This document shows, in pieces, positions 28,341-37,407 of a DNA stretch of 64,000 bases. The DNA comes from a virus. Lineage: Duplodnaviria; Caudoviricetes. The notes under the pieces are model-generated. The model was not told where the DNA came from. It worked only from the letters and a program-made list of their open reading frames with translations, and ran no database searches. Within the stretch, counting starts at the first letter, position 1. Each line of letters opens with the position of its first letter. Made by a program: the position numbers and the translations under genes. The DNA lies in IMG/VR virus record IMGVR_UViG_3300021399_000099, positions 96,001 to 160,000 of that record. One strand, written 5' to 3'.

Positions 28341-29507
28341 ATGGAACATACTAACTTATTTTTCTACAGAGATAAAGCCGACCTTGAAGCTGCATACCCT
28401 GACGGAAAGGTCGATGTCGTACCTGGCGTAGCATATGCAAGGGGTGCAGCCGGAGAAAACGGAACAACCCTTTTCAATAAAAAACTTGTGAAATACGAGG
28501 TCACACTCCTGCTTAAGAACAAGAGCGGGGAGACTGTCGGTGACTCGGAGTCCGTATTGACAAAAGACGTCCTTGAAGGCCAGAGCATTAAGGTTAATAT
28601 CGTTGCTCCTGAGGTTGAAAACTATAAACCAAGGCTTAAAGTTGAAAAGATTGAAGTTTCCGCAGACACAGAGCATACAGTAATATACCTTGGAAAGACA
28701 GCATATACCGTTACGGTTCATCACGTATTTGACGGTGAGCCCATTGCCCCAGATACTGAAATAGAAATCGACGACGTATGGGACGAGAGTTCGGTTGTCG
28801 TAACTGTCGAACCTGCATCGGTTGTCGGTTATACTGCTGAAACTCACACGATTACCGTATCTGGCAGCTGCGAATATACACTTGAATATGAAGAGCCCAG
28901 CTACAAGGCAATCGACCTTGGTCTTCCTTCTGGCACATTATGGTGTTCTTGTAATGTAGGTGCTTCATCACCAGAACAATATGGTGATTACTTTGCTTGG
29001 GGAGAAATCGAGCCAAATAAGGCTACCGCTTATACCGAAGAGAACTATAGATTTTACAATGGCAGCGGAAACGAGTATTCTAAATACAATTCTAACGATG
29101 GACTACAAGAACTTGAACTTGCCGATGACGCGGCTAATGTTATGATGGGCGGTGATTGGCATATACCGACCGATTCACAGGCGAATGAACTTTTCGAAAA
29201 CACTACCTCTTCCTGGACAACTGACTATAATGGTACTGGGGTTGCCGGTCTTATTCTAACATCAACTGCGAATGGTAATTCAATTTTTATTCCGGCTGCA
29301 GGCGACTATTTGCTGGGAGGACTGGATGGTGTTGGCGAGTATTCTGACCTTTGGTGCCAGGGACTTTTAAATGTTTATTCTGCTTATGAGTTTGGATTTG
29401 ACAATTCTGGGGGTGGCGTGTGGGACAAGAATAGGTTTGGAGGTCTTACAATTCGTGGTGTTATCGGTGAAGGGCCAGAACCAGGACCAGGTCCAAAGTT
29501 AGCTTAA
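28341..29507 (+). CDS. Adhesin-like protein: N-terminal adaptor, two MucBP-like repeats, C-terminal DLGLPSGTLW C-type-lectin-fold domain
   Basis: IDLGLPSGTLWCSCNVGASSPEQYGDYFAWGE...WHIPT...IFIPAAG...IRGV; start set at MEHTNL after the late motif. Confidence 0.7.
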   Translation: MEHTNLFFYRDKADLEAAYPDGKVDVVPGVAYARGAAGENGTTLFNKKLVKYEVTLLLKNKSGETVGDSESVLTKDVLEGQSIKVNIVAPEVENYKPRLKVEKIEVSADTEHTVIYLGKTAYTVTVHHVFDGEPIAPDTEIEIDDVWDESSVVVTVEPASVVGYTAETHTITVSGSCEYTLEYEEPSYKAIDLGLPSGTLWCSCNVGASSPEQYGDYFAWGEIEPNKATAYTEENYRFYNGSGNEYSKYNSNDGLQELELADDAANVMMGGDWHIPTDSQANELFENTTSSWTTDYNGTGVAGLILTSTANGNSIFIPAAGDYLLGGLDGVGEYSDLWCQGLLNVYSAYEFGFDNSGGGVWDKNRFGGLTIRGVIGEGPEPGPGPKLA

Positions 29508-29522
29508 AATATTTTTAAAACA

Positions 29523-30341
29523 ATGTGTGCAATATTAAACTTTTTAAAAAATGTCTTCGTTAAAAATGAAGATATTGAAGAAGAAGTTGTCAGTGAGATG
29601 ATTTCGAACGAAGAGACTATACCGGAAACAAATGATAATCCGGTTGATGATACGGTTCCAGCTGTTATTGATGAACCAATCAGTGCCGGCAATAACACTT
29701 ATTCCGGCAGTAACTTCGTCGTTCTCCTTGACAATGGCCACGCCAAATCTACTCCAGGCAAGAGAAGCCCCAAACTTGATGACGGCAGAATATTCTATGA
29801 GTGGGAATTCAACCGAGACATTGTGTCCAGGATTGCTGACGGACTTACAAAACTCGGTATAAAGCACCATATCCTTGTGCCGGAGATTGAAACTGACGTG
29901 GCATTAAGTGAGAGGGCAAACCGGGCAAACAAATATTGCAAACAGTACGGTGCAAAAAATTGTTTCTTCATATCCGTACATTCAAACGCATTCGGCAAGG
30001 AAGGAAAGTGGGAAGACCCCGGAAGATGGTCTGTATGGACTACCGTCGGTGTTACAAAAAGTGACGAATACGGCAAGATTTTCTACAAGGTGGCAGAAGA
30101 GATGCTCGAGCCGTACGGATTCGCTTGCAGGGACGGAAAAGTGCAAGGAAACGGCAATGACGGACCAGACTACGAGAGCAACTTCACTGTAATCTACAAA
30201 ACCTGGTGTCCGGCAATCCTCACCGAAAACCTGTTCTACACTAACAAGAAAGAGTGTGAGTGGCTTATGACCGATGAAGGCAGGCAGGTAATAGCCGATA
30301 TACACATAGAGGCAATAAAGAGGATAATCGACAGCCTTTAA
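29523..30341 (+). CDS. N-acetylmuramoyl-L-alanine amidase (Amidase_3), probable endolysin
   Basis: LDNGH..TPGKRSP, EWEFNR, L.ER..RAN, SVHSNA, PAILTENLFYTN. Confidence 0.92.
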   Translation: MCAILNFLKNVFVKNEDIEEEVVSEMISNEETIPETNDNPVDDTVPAVIDEPISAGNNTYSGSNFVVLLDNGHAKSTPGKRSPKLDDGRIFYEWEFNRDIVSRIADGLTKLGIKHHILVPEIETDVALSERANRANKYCKQYGAKNCFFISVHSNAFGKEGKWEDPGRWSVWTTVGVTKSDEYGKIFYKVAEEMLEPYGFACRDGKVQGNGNDGPDYESNFTVIYKTWCPAILTENLFYTNKKECEWLMTDEGRQVIADIHIEAIKRIIDSL

Positions 30342-30348
30342 AAAAGAG

Positions 30349-30376
30349 AAACCCCGTGGATATGTTCCATGGGGTT
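30349..30376. terminator. Bidirectional terminator
   Basis: aaccccgtgga / tccatggggtt between convergent genes. Confidence 0.75.
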
Positions 30377-30381
30377 ATTCT

Positions 30382-30732
30382 TTACTCATTGACCGGGTCT
30401 TTTGAAACCATCTGGCGATACAGAAATTCTGCTATATCAACACGTACCTTGGGTTCTTCTCCCTTGGCATAACGGAGAGCCTGACGAGCCAGATAACTTG
30501 CTTGCATATGGAGTGCATCGCGGAGTTTTTCCTGCTTGTATTCCTCCCATTCAGCGTCCATATCGATTATTTCGTCGGCAGTTTCGTTAGCCTTGAAAAG
30601 CAGGTCGGTCCTTGTAATCTCTTTCCCGGTCGCTTTTTCATACATTCGTTGGTCGCCGCTTAGCAATACGTCGAACCATTCATTTTCCGGCGCGTCCTTA
30701 TAACGAGCCATAACTAACATATCTTCTTCCAT
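30382..30732 (-). CDS. hypothetical protein
   Basis: ORF ending at terminator. Confidence 0.65.
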   Translation of the reverse strand: MEEDMLVMARYKDAPENEWFDVLLSGDQRMYEKATGKEITRTDLLFKANETADEIIDMDAEWEEYKQEKLRDALHMQASYLARQALRYAKGEEPKVRVDIAEFLYRQMVSKDPVNE

Positions 30733-30762
30733 ATTCTTTAATTAATTCTCTAACTGTTTCTA

Positions 30763-31233
30763 TTACAGCAATCCACTTTTTACCCACTCCTCACTGAAGT
30801 AGATATTGTCTGGGTAGTTTCCCGTATAGTCGGTCGCAGCAACAAACATCTTCATAAGGTCCCTTCCAGCATACCCGCAAAGTGTCACCTCGTCCGGGCT
30901 ATTTCTGTATGCGACCTTGAATTTCTTGTCCGGGTGTTCTTCTGCGCACTTGTAAAGTTTCTTTATACTTTCAACAATGGTATCGAACGGGAGCGACTGC
31001 CTTGCGTAGTTACTTACACGGGGGTCACTGGCATCTACCTGGTTTTTGTAACGTAATTCTGTTGTTGGTAGCGCATAAGCATTTCCCTGGAGTCCCTCAC
31101 CTTGTCCATAAATCGCACCGAACTGTAATCTTGCTACCTTTGCAGAGCCCGAGCCGTGTCTCCCTTCCGGATTTGAACCGAATACGAATATTGTATCTGG
31201 CTCTGGCGTGATGTTTCCTGTATAGTTTTTCAT
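30763..31233 (-). CDS. A1S_2505-like (macro-like) phage protein
   Basis: IFVFGSNPEGRHGSGSA..A...FGAIYGQGEGLQG.AYALPT. Confidence 0.75.
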   Translation of the reverse strand: MKNYTGNITPEPDTIFVFGSNPEGRHGSGSAKVARLQFGAIYGQGEGLQGNAYALPTTELRYKNQVDASDPRVSNYARQSLPFDTIVESIKKLYKCAEEHPDKKFKVAYRNSPDEVTLCGYAGRDLMKMFVAATDYTGNYPDNIYFSEEWVKSGLL

Positions 31234-31415
31234 CAGCAATTGATTTTTATTTTGTATCCTTTGTCTATCAAGCCCTTAAGTCCATCCATATCAACATCTA
31301 CTTCCTGCCAGTGTTCAATATTGCTTTTGGTACTGTGTTCATACCATCCGTAATATGGATTGTAATGGTCTTTGTTGGCAAATTCATCCCAAGGGTCATT
31401 AATCTTTACTTTCAT
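31233..31415 (-). CDS. hypothetical protein
   Basis: ORF tiles operon. Confidence 0.55.
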   Translation of the reverse strand: MKVKINDPWDEFANKDHYNPYYGWYEHSTKSNIEHWQEVDVDMDGLKGLIDKGYKIKINC

Positions 31416-31896
31416 TGGTCATAAACTTTTCAAGCGGCGTCCAGTCATCACACCTTTCGTCATAATCTCCACGTACGTACCACTTGTCTCCCTTGAACAT
31501 GTAGTCGTACTCCTCCTCCATCTTATGATTTTCACTGATGGGCTTCGGCTTGATGCTTTCCCAGTCCTCGCACTTCCTTGTCGCATATGGAGTGTATGTC
31601 CCGTTGATACTTGAGCAGTCTCCGCCAAGTACAAGGTTCAGTGCGTCCTCATAACTGTTATACTTCTTATAAAGCGTTTTGCCAACACCTTCAATGTAGC
31701 CGTCCCAGTGATGATAAATCATAAGTGCTTCTGCTCCTTCAGGATTTACGGTTTCCCACATTCCTTCTTCCAGCTGGTCCTCTCCCCATTCGTTTTCCAA
31801 AAGGTCCTTAGACTGCCTTTCATTCGGTACAAACTTCAAATCCTTGTTCCGGTCCTCCTCCCTGAGAATGACTCGGATATTGCTTCTTGTTGACAT
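31399..31896 (-). CDS. Conserved phage hypothetical protein (MSTRS...Y.HWDGY..GVG..L type)
   Basis: Recognisable motif, function unknown. Confidence 0.7.
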   Translation of the reverse strand: MSTRSNIRVILREEDRNKDLKFVPNERQSKDLLENEWGEDQLEEGMWETVNPEGAEALMIYHHWDGYIEGVGKTLYKKYNSYEDALNLVLGGDCSSINGTYTPYATRKCEDWESIKPKPISENHKMEEEYDYMFKGDKWYVRGDYDERCDDWTPLEKFMTNESKD

Positions 31897-32270
31897 TATT
31901 GTATATTTAAAATTTCTTTAGGTATCTTAATTTTAAAAATGTCTTCCGCCTTGAACGGTATATTGTGTAGTTCCCTGTAATATTGTATATGATTTACCCA
32001 CATACAGACAAGCTGGAAACGGAAATCATCCTTCCTCGTTATTTCGTGGGTTTTAATATATTCCCTGAGGTGTTTCATTAGGGACTTTGTGCCGACATAC
32101 TTAAGATATAGCGGCATGAAGTCCCTGTTAAACTCCATCGCTTCCTTATCACGGTAACTTTCCGGTTCCCTGTCAAGATACTTAGCATAGTGCTCCAGAT
32201 ACCATGGAAGCTCACGCACATTCTTATCCTCCATAGTACAGAATGGTTGGGTTATCCTTATGTATTTCAA
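31896..32270 (-). CDS. hypothetical protein
   Basis: ORF tiles operon. Confidence 0.55.
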   Translation of the reverse strand: MKYIRITQPFCTMEDKNVRELPWYLEHYAKYLDREPESYRDKEAMEFNRDFMPLYLKYVGTKSLMKHLREYIKTHEITRKDDFRFQLVCMWVNHIQYYRELHNIPFKAEDIFKIKIPKEILNIQ

Positions 32271-32850
32271 TACCAGGCCACTTCTTTTTGAAGTCCCTCA
32301 CATCAAACGGAGACACAAGTAAATGAGTGCCGTTAGGGGTAGGAACAACCAGAATTTCTCCGCTAGTCTTCCCTCGCCCCTCATTATATTCGTTCATAAT
32401 GAAGTCGATATATGGCTGAATTTCCTTGTCGTCCTTAATGTCGTCCAGGTCCATAACCCACCTCTTGTTGATTCCGCACCCGCCAGGCACACTGTATTTA
32501 CCGGCACAAGTCTCTGGCAGTGAAAGCAGGGCCTTGTAGTTACCATTTTCGACAATATCTGCCAGTTCCTTAAATGCCTTGATAGCACACACCTTGTAAG
32601 AGGAAGGGTTTGTGGCAATATAAGCCCTGGCATTGAACGTCTCACAAAGTTTGACAATAATATCCTTATGAGACAACAGATATTCCCTGGACTCAATGAA
32701 CATCGTACGGATAATCTTCGGCTTCTCGCCGGTATCCTTCGTACGGGTCATAATCTGGAGCATATAGAACACGTCACCTGCTAGCTCATCAACCAAATCC
32801 TCCTTAAAAAGGAAAGTATTTGCAATCAAATCAAAATTATCTACTTTCAT
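32224..32850 (-). CDS. Possible AEP (primase-polymerase superfamily)-like protein
   Basis: WVMDLDD (hhhDxD) and PTPNGTHLL (sxxGxH) motifs. Confidence 0.45.
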   Translation of the reverse strand: MKVDNFDLIANTFLFKEDLVDELAGDVFYMLQIMTRTKDTGEKPKIIRTMFIESREYLLSHKDIIVKLCETFNARAYIATNPSSYKVCAIKAFKELADIVENGNYKALLSLPETCAGKYSVPGGCGINKRWVMDLDDIKDDKEIQPYIDFIMNEYNEGRGKTSGEILVVPTPNGTHLLVSPFDVRDFKKKWPGIEIHKDNPTILYYGG

Positions 32851-32894
32851 AACTTAATGATAATATACAAAAAAATATTCAAAGTACAAAACTG

Positions 32895-33101
32895 TTAGCG
32901 GTAAAGCTCCCAGTCGTCCGCAGTTACGTCGTCCAGGGAGAAACACTTGTCGGTAAAGCAAAAAGACGCATACTTACCGGCAATATCTGTCATTCCCCAG
33001 ACCTTATCACCGTTTGACATAATATATACGCCATCATTCCAAGACGTACGCCTGACCTTCTTCCCGTAAATCAGTGGCTGAATAATCTCTTCAAAAGTCA
33101 T
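32895..33101 (-). CDS. DUF2829 / Tad2-like (Thoeris anti-defence sponge) protein
   Basis: MTFEE....L..GKKVRR.SW....YI ... DV.ADDWE, the terminal signatures of DUF2829. Confidence 0.65.
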   Translation of the reverse strand: MTFEEIIQPLIYGKKVRRTSWNDGVYIMSNGDKVWGMTDIAGKYASFCFTDKCFSLDDVTADDWELYR

Positions 33102-33106
33102 AACTC

Positions 33107-33481
33107 TTACTTATTATACCATTTAACATATTCGAAATCCTTCCTTATATATCCGGCACAGATTTGACTTGGAACAGCATGGATGGTACTTTCCTTATCC
33201 TTTGTGGCATAATACCCTTCCCCGTCACTATCACAGAAACCGCCAACCTCACAACACCCGATAAACTCCTTGAGTGGCATAAGGTCGCCAAAGCTCAAAT
33301 GGTCGTGCAGCTCGTATTCATCGGTAATCATATTCAGCTCGCCCATAATGGGTATGACCTCTTTATTCAACTTTTCCACCTCTTTACGCCACTCTTCAAA
33401 CGGTAGTCCGGCGTTCCACAGCTTGTCAAACTCCTTATCCCACTTTTTAAGCTGTTTCTTTAACTCTTTTTTCCTTTCCAT
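33107..33481 (-). CDS. hypothetical protein (probably leaderless)
   Basis: ATG directly after overlapping promoter motifs. Confidence 0.7.
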   Translation of the reverse strand: MERKKELKKQLKKWDKEFDKLWNAGLPFEEWRKEVEKLNKEVIPIMGELNMITDEYELHDHLSFGDLMPLKEFIGCCEVGGFCDSDGEGYYATKDKESTIHAVPSQICAGYIRKDFEYVKWYNK

Positions 33482-33487
33482 AACTCT

Positions 33488-33516
33488 AATTTACAAAAAA
33501 CGTGCCAATCTGTCAA
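33488..33516 (-). promoter_or_regulatory. Nested promoter: TTGACA-N17-TAAATT containing TGGCACG-N4-TTGTA
   Basis: TTGACAGATTGGCACGTTTTTTGTAAATT then 6 nt then ATG (33481). Confidence 0.7.
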
Positions 33517-33534
33517 AAAATGAAGAAAAATAAC

Positions 33535-33568
33535 AAAAAACCCCGGAAATGTCATTTTTTCCGGGGTC
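33535..33568 (-). terminator. Intrinsic terminator ending the NAD cluster transcript
   Basis: accccggaaa / tttccggggt plus T-tract. Confidence 0.75.
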
Positions 33569-33575
33569 TTTCCCT

Positions 33576-33818
33576 TCAGTGCGTGGCCTTATATGCGATG
33601 TATCTCACAAACCAACCGAAATTACTGTCCTTAACTCGGTTGAAAAGGTAGATGCAAAGGAATACTGGCCAACAGATTACCTGCCAGAAAGACTCAATAG
33701 TGGGAAACAGATTGACCGACTTAGCAGACATACCGAACATCAGCCCGGTATATGCATAAAACCAAATGATTAAAAAAACTGCAGTCATATATCTAAACAT
33801 TTTTAAAGTGCTGAACAA
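33576..33818 (-). CDS. Small membrane protein
   Basis: Hydrophobic; overlaps nadE end. Confidence 0.5.
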   Translation of the reverse strand: MFSTLKMFRYMTAVFLIIWFYAYTGLMFGMSAKSVNLFPTIESFWQVICWPVFLCIYLFNRVKDSNFGWFVRYIAYKATH

Positions 33819-34561
33819 CCACCCTTTGGAACAAACATCTGGCCGAGCCCCATCTTGAATTTCGTTTTCTGGTGCATAGATTCGATTGCTTCATCAACCT
33901 TCTTATCGCCACTTGTTCCTTTTACAAGATAAGTGTCAATGGCAGCGTAACTGAAACCCCACTTGGCGAATTTCTCATCATCAGGTGCGGAATTTGGAAG
34001 CCCGTCATCTGGAATCTTATCAACCCATTCAGCAGGAAGACCAAGAGCATAACCAACTCCCTTAACCTGGCGGACCGTAAGATTACCAATGGGTTCTACG
34101 TCGCTGGCTCCATCACCATAACGAGTGAAATACCCTACATAGTTCTCGCTGGCATTGCATGTACCAATCACACGACCGTTATTGGACTGGGAAATAGCAT
34201 AGAGGACGGTCATTCTAAGCCTCGGGGGAATATTCTGCTCGGTCTGTTTGCTCATATGTCCCGGAAAAACCGTCTTAATCTCATCAGTAAGACTCCCGAT
34301 AGGGAACTCAAGAAACTTGATACCAAGATATTCAGCAATCTTGTCAGCATCGTTAAGTCCTTGCCCAGTGTCCGGAATACCAACGCCAATAACCCTATCT
34401 TTACCAAGGGCTTCCACACAAAGAGCTGCCACGATGGTGCTATCCTTACCGCCAGAAAGTCCGATTACGGCATTGCAATCTGGACCGTTCTTTTCAAACC
34501 AGTCCTTAATCCACTGAACCAGTTCGTTTTTCAAACCATTAAATCTTTCCGTCATAACCAT
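33803..34561 (-). CDS. nadE: NH3-dependent NAD+ synthetase
   Basis: GLSGGKDS PP-loop, NI.PRLRM..LY, GTCNASE.YVGYFT.YGDG; no glutaminase domain. Confidence 0.93.
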   Translation of the reverse strand: MVMTERFNGLKNELVQWIKDWFEKNGPDCNAVIGLSGGKDSTIVAALCVEALGKDRVIGVGIPDTGQGLNDADKIAEYLGIKFLEFPIGSLTDEIKTVFPGHMSKQTEQNIPPRLRMTVLYAISQSNNGRVIGTCNASENYVGYFTRYGDGASDVEPIGNLTVRQVKGVGYALGLPAEWVDKIPDDGLPNSAPDDEKFAKWGFSYAAIDTYLVKGTSGDKKVDEAIESMHQKTKFKMGLGQMFVPKGGCSAL

Positions 34562-34808
34562 AACGATTTTTAGTGATATAATCCTTCATAATAACGGCAT
34601 GAACCGTCAATGACAGTTTAAATAAACTCCCAATGCACTCTTCTGGCAACTTATACCCTTCCTTTAAATAAACAACGTTATCTATTAAGACTGAATCATA
34701 TAAGTCCAAAAAGTCTTCCTTTTGACAAATATCGGGGAATCCTACGCATTTCTGGTATAAAGCCTCCCGGTATTTTTCCGGGAGGTCTGTCATTGGCTTC
34801 TGTTCCAT
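34539..34808 (-). CDS. hypothetical protein
   Basis: ORF overlapping nadE start. Confidence 0.55.
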   Translation of the reverse strand: MEQKPMTDLPEKYREALYQKCVGFPDICQKEDFLDLYDSVLIDNVVYLKEGYKLPEECIGSLFKLSLTVHAVIMKDYITKNRYGYDGKI

Positions 34809-34838
34809 ATGCTCTTAATCTGCATTTCTATTTGTTTG

Positions 34839-35747
34839 TTATAAACTTTTTACTTTGTTCCACTTTCTTTCTAAAAAATCGACATCATCACAAAAAGTTG
34901 CAATTTTCTTAATGTCATCTCTATTACCGATGACTAAAGCGGCCGTTCCTTTTTTTGTTATTTTTGTTGTTACTGAGGATACGCCATAGTCTCTTTTTAA
35001 AATTTCGGCAAAAAAATCAAGGTTTCCTTTCCACGAACTATGAAGTTCAATTTTAAGTTGTGGATAACCTTTTGATAACCATATGCAACCGTCTCCATCT
35101 ACAAATCCTATGAAAAAATAAACAAAATCATTTTGAAAAATCTCTAACTTTGGAGGGAAGTAGGTTTTTGCGGTTTCTTCCATACAAAGAGTTTCCCTCC
35201 AAGATTCAATCCTTGGTTTGTCATTCCCTTGTATCTTTACAAAGCCTTTATTATCTTCCTTTACTGTGACTGATAATCGTTTTGCTATTTTTTCAAGGTG
35301 TGCTCTATCAACATTTTTCAATGATATTATCAGCGTATTAGTTTTTGAAAGGTGCCCATCGGCCATAATAAATCCCCACCAATATAGACTTTCTTTTGTT
35401 AGTGCATTCAAATCTAAAAAAGACAAATCACATTTCCTACTTCGGTCTATTTTTGCCCGATATCCAAGCCAATGCGCGTGTAGTTCTATTTTTTGGTAAG
35501 TTCTCCCAGGAAACGCTTTCAGTAAGTCTTCCATGGAGTATGTTTCCCAGGCTTCTTTCAACTTTGCATTTTCTTCGGCGGTCCAACGGTCATAGTGATT
35601 TGACTTTATATGGAGAGCATCTATTTTAGCCTTTATCTGTTTTCTTGTTTTTCCCGGAAGGAGTTCAATACATTTGTAAATCCCTCCTTCCGGAAAATTT
35701 TCATAAAGAATCTGTTTTTCTTCGTCTGTCCAAGTTCTTTTACCCAT
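34839..35747 (-). mobile_element. Free-standing LAGLIDADG homing endonuclease with two N-terminal Myb/HTH-like repeats
   Basis: YWWGFIMADGHL and FFIGFVDGDGCI motifs; WT.EE...L repeats; visibly more AT-rich than flanks. Confidence 0.8.
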
Positions 35748-35802
35748 GTTATATAGTGCTTTAATATAAATATATAACATTTAGTAAAAAAATCAAGGCA
35801 TA

Positions 35803-37353
35803 TTAAAACTTTCCGTCATTAAGGCGATTTCTAATATCGGCAAGACTCTCTTCTTTTATCATTTTACCGTCTTTGAAAACTGTTTCCATAAGGGTGTTCT
35901 GCATTGATTCTTCCCAAGTTAAACCGTCCTTATAGGTGATTTTCTTGTTCCACTTATCTCTCCAAAACACGGCACAGCATCCCTTCTGGGACTTTTTGAA
36001 ATTACCGCCTCCGGCTTCCCTATCAGTTTTAGGGTCCTTATAGATTGGAATCTTCGTAACAACGCCATTCTTGTCTGTGAATTCAGCGTAAATCGGCTTA
36101 ATGGCCATCGAAAAAGTGTCCCTCGTGAAAGGTTTGAGCATTCCATCTTCCTCAATACAATGCATGGAGAAGGAGCCCACACCCAGAGAAACATTGTTTG
36201 CGGCGAAACCGTTTTCCTCAAGAATTCGGTAAATCTCCTCGGCTCTCTGCACTGTAATAGAATCGCCATAAAGGGCCTTTACGTGCGGATTAAGGACCTT
36301 GTAACCCTTGGAGTTAGTTGTACCTCCAAAAATCTTCCAGAGTTCAAATACGGTCTCCGTAACCACCTTTACACAGTCGCCAGAGTCACCACGGACAAGC
36401 AGGCATCCGTTATGGGCAAGGATTTCGTCTTTAAGCGTAGGAAGAATGTTCTTTACCACATTCCAGTAATCATACGAATCGGAGACGCAGCTGAACGAAG
36501 TGTTGGGGTAAAGTTCGGTAAGGGCACGCTTGATAAAGATACGCTCGCGGTGAGGGTCAATGTCGGCGTACTCGTAATCCGGGTTATCGACCGTATCCTT
36601 TGCAGAATTGGAGCACATAACGAAATGCTCGGTGGAGACGGCGCCAAAGGCAACCTCTTCCTTTTCACAGTCGCAGTTGTAATAGTGCTCGAGATAGGGT
36701 ACGACGGGAACAGTGGCGCTATTCACGAAGGACAGACACCATGCTGAACCGGCCTTAAGTGCCGCGTCAAGGCCCTGGTCGCCACGGAAATCAAAGTTAC
36801 CGAGGGCGCGACGGCGAGGTACATTATCATCGCATGTCTTGTCATACCAATAATTTACAATCTCACGGTAAGTATGACCTACGGTAGCACAGACCATAGG
36901 ATACCACATCTCAGCGGAAATCAACGACTCCAGTGCCTGACCGAGCCAAGCGAAATCCGGATGGGTGTTGGTGATACCGAAAATGGGGCAATGAATTGGA
37001 ACGATGGTACCTTCCGGCAGGGAAACTACCTCAATGGGGAGATAGCCGAGACGATGAAGGTTTCTAATCTTTCCATAGTCACAAAGGTCTTTTCCAAGGG
37101 TATTATCCATAACCCTGGCATATTCGGCGACCACTTCTTCCTCAGTCTTTTTGAAGAAGTTCTCGTTGAAGTAGTCGATGAGCCAGGTCTTGCAGAATGC
37201 CTGGAGACCAAAATTAACCACTCCGTCCCAGCGATTAACGCGGGAACTTCTGGGGGTGAAATACGATACGCTCTTCGTCATACCCGGGTCAAGCATTTCG
37301 CTATGAACTGCCTTGTAGAAATCTTTGAGTAGTAATGCGTTACAATTAAACAT
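35803..37353 (-). CDS. NAMPT-family phosphoribosyl/ADP-ribosyl transferase (Namat-like), predicted nicotinate-preferring
   Basis: DFYK..H, NFDFRG, TEH (phospho-His), VSDSYD, LVRGDSG, LYGDSIT, GVGS, KDPKTD, KKSQKG. Confidence 0.9.
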   Translation of the reverse strand: MFNCNALLLKDFYKAVHSEMLDPGMTKSVSYFTPRSSRVNRWDGVVNFGLQAFCKTWLIDYFNENFFKKTEEEVVAEYARVMDNTLGKDLCDYGKIRNLHRLGYLPIEVVSLPEGTIVPIHCPIFGITNTHPDFAWLGQALESLISAEMWYPMVCATVGHTYREIVNYWYDKTCDDNVPRRRALGNFDFRGDQGLDAALKAGSAWCLSFVNSATVPVVPYLEHYYNCDCEKEEVAFGAVSTEHFVMCSNSAKDTVDNPDYEYADIDPHRERIFIKRALTELYPNTSFSCVSDSYDYWNVVKNILPTLKDEILAHNGCLLVRGDSGDCVKVVTETVFELWKIFGGTTNSKGYKVLNPHVKALYGDSITVQRAEEIYRILEENGFAANNVSLGVGSFSMHCIEEDGMLKPFTRDTFSMAIKPIYAEFTDKNGVVTKIPIYKDPKTDREAGGGNFKKSQKGCCAVFWRDKWNKKITYKDGLTWEESMQNTLMETVFKDGKMIKEESLADIRNRLNDGKF

Positions 37354-37387
37354 ATATCTTTCTTTTAAGTTTTATTGCATATTATCT

Positions 37388-37407
37388 TGCAAATACCGTA
37401 CCAAACT
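37388..37407 (-). promoter_or_regulatory. sigma54-like motif upstream of the NAMPT-like gene (AGTTTGGTACGGTATTTGCA)
   Basis: -24/-12 spacing conserved. Confidence 0.7.
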
